Position numbers and translations under genes: made by a program. A DNA stretch of 13,875 nt from an uncultured Gammaproteobacteria bacterium. Its GTDB lineage: Bacteria; Patescibacteriota; Microgenomatia; Daviesbacterales; UBA10151. How positions within the stretch are numbered: position 1 is the stretch's first letter; each line of letters opens with the position of its first letter. Below the pieces are notes generated by a model, which was not told the origin of the DNA, made no database searches, and saw nothing but the letters and a program-made list of their open reading frames with translations. Where the stretch lies: positions 1-13,875 of the forward strand of contig CAZFVS010000017.1 in assembly GCA_964522265.1 (NCBI GenBank), in the 5' to 3' direction. Below, piece after piece: positions 7,976 to 13,852 of the stretch.

Positions 7976-9030
7976 TCAAATTTTTTCAACAGTTTTTCAG
8001 CTATTTCATCCGCAATAGTATTGGTAGCACGCTTGGATTTTTTACTTTTTTCGATTATTGAGCTTAATGTTTTCTGAATTTTTATAACCTTTGCCCTCAG
8101 TCTTTCCTCATCATATTCCTTATGTTCATATTCATCAACAACACAAATCAGCCCGCCGGCATTAATTACATAATCGGGTGCATAAAGTATCCCGCGTTTA
8201 TGCAAAACTTCACCAACCTCCTTATCCTCAAGCTGACTGTTGGCAGAACCGGCGATAATCCTGCAGCTCAATGAAGATATGTTCTTGAAATTTATGGCAT
8301 TGCCTAATGCGCAGGGTGAAAAAACATCAACTTTTTGTTTATGAATTTCAGCAGGCTTGACAATTTCAACTTTCGGAAATTTTTGTTTAATACATAATAC
8401 TCTGGCGGAGCTGATATCGGAAACGTAAATTTTGCCTGCATTAAAGTATATCAGCTTCAAAAGCTCTATGCCTGTTTTACCAAGCCCCTGGATGGCAAAG
8501 GTTTTGCCTTGAAGACTTTTTTTACCGAAAACTGCTTTAAGACATATTTTAATGGAATAGTAAACCCCGAGCGCAGTATATTTTACGGGATCGTATCTTA
8601 AACCAACTATATGAGGGCTCACCGATGACATCAACCTAACGTCCGCCTCCTCTACTCCCAGATCTGCCCCGGTTACAAAGCGGCCGGATAACAGATTTAC
8701 AAACTCTGCATATTTTTTAAAAAAAGCTTTTCTCGATATTGAGTTTGCATGCTGGGTACTCATAAGAACCGCTTTTGAACCGCCGTAATTTAATCCAGCC
8801 AGAGCCGATTTATAGGACATTGTTTTGGATAACCTCAGGGCATCCTTCAGTGCATCAAATTCCGTTTTATATCTCCAAAGACGCGTTGCCCCAAAGGTAG
8901 GATTTTTAAAACCGCCTTTATGTATAGCTATCACACCTTTCAGACCGGTTTCCCTATCATAAATAAACTGTATCAGCTTATGGTCATCAAAATCCGGATG
9001 TGATTCAAAATTGAAATTTCTGTTCTGCAT
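7972..9030 (-). CDS. Glu/Leu/Phe/Val dehydrogenase superfamily, Leu/Phe/Val-dehydrogenase type (NAD-dependent amino-acid dehydrogenase)
   Basis: 352 aa. By my recall it aligns along its length with Bacillus leucine dehydrogenase: GLKGVIAIH, GATRLW, ALRLSKTMSYKSALAGLNYGGSKAV (catalytic Lys), dinucleotide fold FAIQGLGKTG, FSPCALGNAIN, IIAGSANSQL, ILYAPDYVINAGGL. Confidence 0.88.
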   Translation of the reverse strand: MQNRNFNFESHPDFDDHKLIQFIYDRETGLKGVIAIHKGGFKNPTFGATRLWRYKTEFDALKDALRLSKTMSYKSALAGLNYGGSKAVLMSTQHANSISRKAFFKKYAEFVNLLSGRFVTGADLGVEEADVRLMSSVSPHIVGLRYDPVKYTALGVYYSIKICLKAVFGKKSLQGKTFAIQGLGKTGIELLKLIYFNAGKIYVSDISSARVLCIKQKFPKVEIVKPAEIHKQKVDVFSPCALGNAINFKNISSLSCRIIAGSANSQLEDKEVGEVLHKRGILYAPDYVINAGGLICVVDEYEHKEYDEERLRAKVIKIQKTLSSIIEKSKKSKRATNTIADEIAEKLLKKFE

Positions 9031-9048
9031 AATTTAAGCAATTATGAT

Positions 9049-9077
9049 AGTTTACTAACCTATGGGGTATAAGTCAA
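9049..9077 (-). promoter_or_regulatory. Candidate sigma70-type promoter ahead of the enzyme cassette (TTGACT-17 nt-TAAACT)
   Basis: Minus strand: TTGACT 9077..9072, 17-nt spacer, TAAACT 9054..9049, then 18 nt to ATG 9030 with no SD. It lies in the only sizeable (70 nt) gap upstream of the cassette. No terminator hairpin is seen after the DksA-like stop, so read-through from upstream is also possible. Confidence 0.3.
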
Positions 9078-9100
9078 GTTCGGGCTGGGTATTTTTGTGC

Positions 9101-9454
9101 TCATTCTGTTTTTTTGGAGCTTTTTTGGGAGCAGGAGATACAAAGATGGGCATCAGGCATCACACCCAATCTTTCCGCTTCAATCATTTTGTTGCACTTT
9201 TCACATCTTCCATATTTGCCGCTTTTAAGTTTTTCAAGCGCCTTTTTGGTCCTTTCAAGTATCTGTTGTAAACTTATCTTCACTGCAACCGCCCTCGAAT
9301 GTACATCTGCCAACCAGGAATCTGTTCCTGGTTCCGAACTTTCGATAGGTCCACCACTCATGACCGGATCATCTTTTTCTAAAGTCTTAAGATCCTCTTC
9401 AACCTTCTTCTGCTTTCTAACAAGTAATTTTTTGATTTTATCCAGTGTATTCAT
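9101..9454 (-). CDS. DksA/TraR-family C4-type zinc-finger protein
   Basis: 117 aa. Coiled-coil-like N-terminal part and the C-terminal motif CEKCNKMIEAERLGVMPDAHLCISC (CxxC-17-CxxC). TAATG one-nt overlap with the lgt-like stop. Confidence 0.8.
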   Translation of the reverse strand: MNTLDKIKKLLVRKQKKVEEDLKTLEKDDPVMSGGPIESSEPGTDSWLADVHSRAVAVKISLQQILERTKKALEKLKSGKYGRCEKCNKMIEAERLGVMPDAHLCISCSQKSSKKTE

Positions 9455-10365
9455 TAAAATTGAGGTGGATTTGATTTAATGTTTAAAAACTTTAAGAGTT
9501 TTTTACATCTTCGGCCAAACCCAATACTTAAATCTACTCTAAAATTATACCAGTTTTTATAAATCTTGGAAACAACCTCTTGTCTTTTACCGGCACTTTT
9601 GAAAAAAGTCTTGAGCCACCTAAGATCTGCTGCGAAAGAGTGTTTATTTGCAACATAGAAGATCCTCAAGCTATAAATAATCACCAAGGTGGAACTCAAA
9701 ATACCTACCGGAACCGGTCCAATCCATTGCCTATTTCCATAAAAAAATTCCAATAAAAACTTAAAAATTCCGAGCATCAATAATCCCTCTGCTGCTATTG
9801 CACCATTGGGATGAAACCTTAAAACCCCTTTCCAAAGATATAAGAACCCTAAGAAAAAAAGTAAAGACTCAACTGCTTGGACAGGAAATCTTTTATCAAT
9901 CAATCCAACCTGGGTTACAGCAAAAGGCAGGTTCAATGCAAAACCATATTCACAACTGCCCAAAAGACAACCTATACTGGCAAAGGAAATCCCTAAAAAT
10001 ACTCCCGGGATAACAAGATCTACGACCTGCCAAAAGTCAAGTTTAAACCGCAGGCATAACCACTTCAGAATTACAAATGACCCAAAGAACCCTCCCCAAA
10101 ATGAAAGTCCTGGATAACGGTTGAATAAAACAGCTTTCAAGGGTTCACGAAATTGGTCCAGGTGGAAAATAACAAAAAGCAGCCTCGATAATATGAAACC
10201 TCCAGCCAGCGTCAGAAGAATCAGGTCCAGAAACCTCTCCTCATCAAGATCATAAACCTTAATAATTCTCCAGATAAAATATGTAGCAGAGAGACAGGCA
10301 AGGATTAAAAAAAACCCAAATGATGAGATAGGCAGAGAACCGATGGTAAACAGTACTGGCTGCAT
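9454..10365 (-). CDS. lgt: Prolipoprotein diacylglyceryl transferase-like integral membrane protein
   Basis: The N-terminus MQPVLFTIGSLPISSFGFFLILACLSATYFIWR matches the typical Lgt start. It is multi-TM, and SIGCLLGSCEYG resembles the Lgt GR(I/L)GCFLNGCCYG block. I place the start at ATG 10365 rather than the TTG at 10371 used by the ORF track. Confidence 0.65.
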   Translation of the reverse strand: MQPVLFTIGSLPISSFGFFLILACLSATYFIWRIIKVYDLDEERFLDLILLTLAGGFILSRLLFVIFHLDQFREPLKAVLFNRYPGLSFWGGFFGSFVILKWLCLRFKLDFWQVVDLVIPGVFLGISFASIGCLLGSCEYGFALNLPFAVTQVGLIDKRFPVQAVESLLFFLGFLYLWKGVLRFHPNGAIAAEGLLMLGIFKFLLEFFYGNRQWIGPVPVGILSSTLVIIYSLRIFYVANKHSFAADLRWLKTFFKSAGKRQEVVSKIYKNWYNFRVDLSIGFGRRCKKLLKFLNIKSNPPQF

Positions 10366-10372
10366 CCACAAT

Positions 10373-10402
10373 ATCTTACCAAAATTGCCAGAGTTTGACC
10401 AA
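10373..10402 (-). promoter_or_regulatory. Candidate promoter for lgt-like gene (TTGGTC-18 nt-TAAGAT, 7 nt before the ATG)
   Basis: Minus strand: TTGGTC 10402..10397, 18-nt spacer, TAAGAT 10378..10373, 7 nt, ATG 10365. No SD. Confidence 0.3.
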
Positions 10403-10414
10403 TACTGGTATACT
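10385..10414 (+). promoter_or_regulatory. Candidate divergent promoter for the small membrane protein (TTGCCA-18 nt-TATACT)
   Basis: Plus strand: TTGCCA 10385-10390, 18-nt spacer, TATACT 10409-10414, 13 nt to ATG 10428. The TTG start at 10395 in the ORF track would lie inside this promoter. Confidence 0.3.
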
Positions 10415-10427
10415 AACCTTAGAAGTC

Positions 10428-10871
10428 ATGACTGCAACTGCACATGCGTTAGTAGGCGGCGCAATTGCTGCCGGCGTAAAAGACCCTGTGCTGGGTATCA
10501 CTCTGTCTTTTGCAACCCATCCATTTTTAGACATAATCCCCCATTGGGATTTTGGCTGGGGGTGGAAGAAAAAGACTAAAATAACGCTTTTCTTTCAGGC
10601 GAGTTTTGATCTGGTGTTAGGTTTTGCTTTGGCTTATCTTTTTTTTGGTCAAAATATTAATTTCTGGTATTTTTCAGCCTGCGTTTTTGCTTCTGAAGTT
10701 TGGGACATCATGGAAGCACCTTACTGGTTTTTAAACTGGCGCTTCCCGCCCTTCTCCTGGATTTACAATGTACAGTCAAGGATGCAGGGCAAACTTAAAC
10801 TTCCCTGGGGAATATTAACCCAAGTTGCATCAGTTATCATCATAATCATTCTTCTGCAAAACTTTCAGTAA
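10428..10871 (+). CDS. Hypothetical small integral membrane protein (family not recognised; vague resemblance to YdjM/DUF457-type membrane hydrolases)
   Basis: 147 aa from ATG 10428. Sequence: MTATAHALVGGAIAAG...THPFLDIIPHWDF... followed by several hydrophobic segments. It is Trp/Phe-rich. No confident homology from memory. Confidence 0.5.
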   Translation: MTATAHALVGGAIAAGVKDPVLGITLSFATHPFLDIIPHWDFGWGWKKKTKITLFFQASFDLVLGFALAYLFFGQNINFWYFSACVFASEVWDIMEAPYWFLNWRFPPFSWIYNVQSRMQGKLKLPWGILTQVASVIIIIILLQNFQ

Positions 10872-10876
10872 TTTTT

Positions 10877-11764
10877 TTAATTTCTCAAATCCTTTAAATA
10901 TGCCGCAAAATCTTTACCAATTTCCGGATGGTCCAAACCATATTCAACCACAGCTTTTAAATAATCCAACTTATTACCCGTATCCCTGTATTTGGCATTC
11001 TGAATTTCAATAGCATACACAGGCAGATTTTTATCAATCATACCCTGGAGACCATGGGTATAGACCAGCTCCTGATCAGGACCAAGCCCTGATTTTGCCT
11101 CCTCAAGCGATGCGTAAATCCCCGGTGTTACCACTATCCCGGAAACTACCGCCAAGTCTGAAGGAGAATTTTCCTTGCTTCCGGGTTTTTCTATGATCCT
11201 GTTTAATTTGAAAACGCCATTCTCCATTTGATCTCCCCCAACAAAACCGTATTTTTTATAATCATCCTCGCCATGTACACGGAGAGCCCCCAGGATTGCA
11301 GCATCATATTTTTCGTAAGCTGAAAGCAGCTGTTTAGCCCTGGAGGGGGCTGCATCAACAAAATCATCTCCCCAAAAAACCATAAATGGGTCATCACCCA
11401 TGATATGCTGCGCGTTTAAAATCGGAGTAGCGTTACCGAGGGGCCCTTTTTGCCTGAGATATACAAATTCAGCCAGAGATGAAATTTTCCGCACAATCTC
11501 TAACTCTTTTTCTTTGCCGGCTCGGGCCAGTTTTTCTTCAAGTTCAAAGTTGTTGTCAAAATGATCCTCTATGCTTCTCTTATTCCAACCCGTGACAATC
11601 ACAATTACCTCAATCCCAACCTCAACCAGCTCTTCAACCACCCTTTGGATAATGGGTTTATCCACCAGAGGCATCATCTCCTTAGGCATGGCTTTGGTCT
11701 GAGGTAAAAATCTTGTACCAAACCCGGCTGCAGGAATTAAGGCTTTGGTAATTTTTTTAGCCAT
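10877..11764 (-). CDS. galU: UTP--glucose-1-phosphate uridylyltransferase
   Basis: The N-terminal signature KALIPAAGFGTRFLPQTKAMPKEMMPLVDKPIIQ is diagnostic of GalU, and VIVTG...KRSIEDHFD, YLRQKGPLGNA and EKP also fit. I place the start at ATG 11764 rather than the track's TTG at 11770. Confidence 0.92.
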   Translation of the reverse strand: MAKKITKALIPAAGFGTRFLPQTKAMPKEMMPLVDKPIIQRVVEELVEVGIEVIVIVTGWNKRSIEDHFDNNFELEEKLARAGKEKELEIVRKISSLAEFVYLRQKGPLGNATPILNAQHIMGDDPFMVFWGDDFVDAAPSRAKQLLSAYEKYDAAILGALRVHGEDDYKKYGFVGGDQMENGVFKLNRIIEKPGSKENSPSDLAVVSGIVVTPGIYASLEEAKSGLGPDQELVYTHGLQGMIDKNLPVYAIEIQNAKYRDTGNKLDYLKAVVEYGLDHPEIGKDFAAYLKDLRN

Positions 11765-11771
11765 ACCCAAA

Positions 11772-11777
11772 ATTATA
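11772..11777 (-). promoter_or_regulatory. Consensus -10 box TATAAT, 7 nt upstream of the galU ATG
   Basis: Minus strand: TATAAT 11777..11772, then TTTGGGT, then ATG 11764. There is no SD, and the -35 is weak. Confidence 0.35.
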
Positions 11778-11831
11778 CTATCAGTTTTTTGGAAATTATG
11801 CTAGTGTTAAATAAGGGTATTTTAGATCTGA

Positions 11832-12623
11832 ATGGAATTGGGGAACAAAAATTACTATATCGCGGATACGCATGTCCACAGTAAATTCAGTGATGGTCTT
11901 CACTCTCCTTGGGAAATCCTCAAACAGGCTAAAAAAGCAGGTCTTAATGTTGTGGCTTTAACTGATCATGACACCACAGCAGGTATTACGCCACAACTTT
12001 CAGAAAAAGCCCAAAAGCTGAATATAGGACTGATTAGAGCTTGTGAAATTACCACAGCCCAAGGACATCTGATTGCACTTGATAAAAATAATACCTTTCC
12101 CAACAGACCTTTTGAGGAATTCTATTCTTTGGCAGATACAGTGGAGGTTGTGAGCGATTACGGAGGTATTATTCTCATCCCTCATTTGGGTTTTTGTATA
12201 TCACCAGGCTCAGTCGCGCCTGCAACATTGAATGACCTTTATCAAACAGGCAGACATGTTTCAGCAATTGAAACAGCCCATCCCAGTTTCAATACCAGGC
12301 ATACAATCCAGGCACTGCAAACCGCCAGACAATATAACATTGCAGAAATCGGGGTTAGTGATGACCACTGGGGAAATGTCGGCAGAAAGTTCGTAACCCA
12401 CTACCCAAAAATGTCTGGAGATCCGGTTAAGGATTTTTTTGCCGCTTTGGACAAAAATACCACTAGACCGGAAGTCTCAAAATATCACCCAATAAACATT
12501 CCTTTTAGCTGGAAACTCTACCAAAATACAGCAGCAAATTTTAGAGGCTTGGACAGGAAAATACCGAGGATAGGCAGGTTAATCTTGACACATTTTCGGT
12601 TAAATATATCACGTATTATTTAA
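11832..12623 (+). CDS. PHP-domain metal-dependent phosphoesterase (TrpH/YciV-like)
   Basis: 263 aa. N-terminal PHP motif ADTHVHSKFSDGLHSPWEILKQAKKAGLNVVALTDHDTTAG, plus further His/Asp ligands in IPHLG and VSDDHW. Confidence 0.8.
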   Translation: MELGNKNYYIADTHVHSKFSDGLHSPWEILKQAKKAGLNVVALTDHDTTAGITPQLSEKAQKLNIGLIRACEITTAQGHLIALDKNNTFPNRPFEEFYSLADTVEVVSDYGGIILIPHLGFCISPGSVAPATLNDLYQTGRHVSAIETAHPSFNTRHTIQALQTARQYNIAEIGVSDDHWGNVGRKFVTHYPKMSGDPVKDFFAALDKNTTRPEVSKYHPINIPFSWKLYQNTAANFRGLDRKIPRIGRLILTHFRLNISRII

Positions 12624-13173
12624 CCCTCTCCACATACTCTCCGCTCCTGGTATCAATCTTAACCTTTTCCCCAGCATCCATAAACATCGGGACTTTCACA
12701 ACTAACCCATTATCTAAGGTTGCCTCTTTATATACATTTGCGACGGTGTTCCCCTTTTCGGAAGGGCCTGTTTCGGAGATTGTATATATCAGGCTGTTCG
12801 GCAGCTCTATCCCCAAAGCCTCCTCTCCCGAGACTATTAAAATCACCTCTAAACCCTCTTTTAGGTATTTCGCCTGTTCGGCTAAAACATTTTTCGGGAG
12901 GGCAAATTGTTCAAAAGATTCAGGGTCCATAAAATTAAAATTATCATCTTTGTAGAGAAATTGGGCTTTTTTCTTTTCAACACCTGCCTCATCAACCCTG
13001 GCTCCGGTAATGAAGGATTTTTCAGTCACGGAGCCTGTCCTTAAATTTCTGACTTTGACTTTGATCGTACCAGACCCACGACCCATCTTAGTATGCTCAT
13101 AAGAGATCACCTGCAATATCTGCCCGGAATCCTTAAAACAGGCGCCATTTTTAAGTTCTGTTACGTTTAACAT
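12616..13173 (-). CDS. efp: Translation elongation factor P
   Basis: 185 aa with full-length EF-P architecture: LKNGACF...GQILQVISYEHTKMGRGSGTIKVKVRNLRTG...FMD...F...VKVPMF...GEKVKIDTRSGEYVERV. Its 3' end overlaps the convergent PHP gene by 8 nt. Confidence 0.93.
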   Translation of the reverse strand: MLNVTELKNGACFKDSGQILQVISYEHTKMGRGSGTIKVKVRNLRTGSVTEKSFITGARVDEAGVEKKKAQFLYKDDNFNFMDPESFEQFALPKNVLAEQAKYLKEGLEVILIVSGEEALGIELPNSLIYTISETGPSEKGNTVANVYKEATLDNGLVVKVPMFMDAGEKVKIDTRSGEYVERVK

Positions 13174-13180
13174 GAAGATT

Positions 13181-13209
13181 AGTTTAGTTCAGGCACAAGA
13201 TAAATGCAA
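13181..13209 (-). promoter_or_regulatory. Candidate efp promoter (TTGCAT-17 nt-TAAACT, 7 nt before the ATG)
   Basis: Minus strand: TTGCAT 13209..13204, 17-nt spacer, TAAACT 13186..13181, AATCTTC, ATG 13173. No SD. Confidence 0.35.
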
Positions 13210-13259
13210 CTTTTACCCAACATTATCTGATTCAATTACTCTTACCCAATTTTTTATCC

Positions 13260-13706
13260 CTACTTGACTGATGAAATCCCGCATCGGTTTGGTGCAATTT
13301 TTTTGCTGGCCCATACACTTTTTTGCCAATGCATAAAACCCCATTGTTTGAGCTTTGACCTTAGCAGATCTCTTGCCTGTCTCCTTTTTTCCGGAATATC
13401 AAAAATTATTATTCTCCACTTTCCATCCCATTCTGTCTGTTCGTTACGGATACTGGCCCAAATTGCCTGGTCTCTACCGCTATCAGTTAATTTAAATGCC
13501 AATTTTCCATCACTTACAAAATCAATCAAACCATTTTCCCGCAATCTTTTTAAAGCTTTTGAGAGCGCTGACTTCTTAATAGGTCTGGGGTATCCATAAA
13601 GATGTTTATAATAATTGATTGCAAAATCTTCAAAGCTAACATAACCATCAACCGCTTTCTCTAACCCCAGTAGAATAAAATCTCCTAATTTTTTATTTGT
13701 ATTCAT
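13260..13706 (-). CDS. PaaX-like transcriptional regulator (N-terminal winged-helix, C-terminal Cas2/VapD-like fold domain)
   Basis: 148 aa from ATG 13706. The N-terminal part (LSKALKRLRENGLIDF) looks like a wHTH. The C-terminal WDGKWRIIIFDIPEKRRQARDLLRSKLKQWGFMHWQKSVW matches the conserved PaaX core (WDGxW..v.F.iPe..R..RD.lr..L...GF). The 17 extra N-terminal codons in the ORF track start at a TTG and simply read through the upstream tandem repeat. Confidence 0.7.
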   Translation of the reverse strand: MNTNKKLGDFILLGLEKAVDGYVSFEDFAINYYKHLYGYPRPIKKSALSKALKRLRENGLIDFVSDGKLAFKLTDSGRDQAIWASIRNEQTEWDGKWRIIIFDIPEKRRQARDLLRSKLKQWGFMHWQKSVWASKKIAPNRCGISSVK

Positions 13707-13715
13707 GATTTTCAG

Positions 13716-13745
13716 TATATTCGCAAACCTTATATTCGCAAACCT
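13716..13745. promoter_or_regulatory. Perfect 15-bp tandem direct repeat (TATATTCGCAAACCT x2) overlapping the predicted core promoter of the PaaX-like gene; candidate operator
   Basis: Copies at 13716-13730 and 13731-13745. On the coding strand TTGCGA (13741..13736), 16 nt, TATACT (13719..13714), 7 nt, ATG 13706. Copy one supplies the -35 and copy two runs into the -10. The repeat is certain; its function is inferred. Confidence 0.5.
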
Positions 13746-13766
13746 TACGATAAGCAAAGTAACTTT

Positions 13767-13804
13767 GTTGACATTATTATCACGATCGTAGTATTAATGT
13801 CAAC
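13767..13804. promoter_or_regulatory. 38-bp imperfect palindrome with 10-bp perfect arms, centred on CGATCG; each arm carries TTGACA (possible divergent promoter/operator)
   Basis: Arms GTTGACATTA 13767-13776 and TAATGTCAAC 13795-13804, with centre CGATCG at 13783-13788. Minus strand reads TTGACA (13803..13798)-16 nt-GATAAT (13781..13776). Plus strand has TTGACA 13768-13773 with a weaker -10 (TATTAA 13792-13797). Confidence 0.4.
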
Positions 13805-13852
13805 GGCTGCAATGTTCACTGTCAGGGTCATTGCATTCTAAGGAATTAAAGG

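Noticed and set aside
4352-9100. Interpretation of the cassette as a TOMM/microcin-type RiPP cluster (E1-like docking protein plus FMN dehydrogenase).
   Set aside because: There is no YcaO cyclodehydratase. I found no short precursor-peptide ORF on the minus strand in the only free intergenic space (9031-9100), and no ATG there at all. No peptidase or ABC exporter is present. It is kept only as an analogy in the findings, not as a call.
10371-11770. TTG starts used by the ORF track for lgt-like (10371), the membrane protein (10395) and galU (11770).
   Set aside because: In each case an in-frame ATG 2-11 codons downstream gives the canonical family N-terminus (MQPVLF..., MAKKITKALIPAAGFGTRF...). 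It also leaves room for a promoter-like element. The TTG codons are likely just the longest-ORF artefact.
6485-13706. Functional link between the PaaX-like regulator and the PaaK-like ligase, as in the phenylacetate paa regulon where PaaX senses phenylacetyl-CoA.
   Set aside because: The two genes are about 5 kb apart, separated by unrelated housekeeping genes on both strands. No other paa catabolic genes (paaABCDE, paaFGHIJ) are present. I did not find the tandem-repeat operator upstream of the cassette. Co-occurrence is probably coincidental, though a genome-wide motif search could revisit this.
13716-13745. Possible CRISPR-related signal: direct repeats next to a protein with a Cas2-like fold domain.
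   Set aside because: There are only two abutting 15-bp copies with no spacers, which is far too short for a CRISPR repeat. No cas genes are present. The WDGxW...IPE..R..RD motif is the PaaX-type regulator core, not a Cas2 in a cas operon.
13707-13757. N-terminal extension MLIVRFANIRFANILKI of the PaaX-like ORF in the track.
   Set aside because: It starts at a TTG, and the RFANI-RFANI peptide repeat is just the 15-bp tandem DNA repeat read through. An ATG at 13706 with promoter-like elements upstream gives a sensible wHTH N-terminus.
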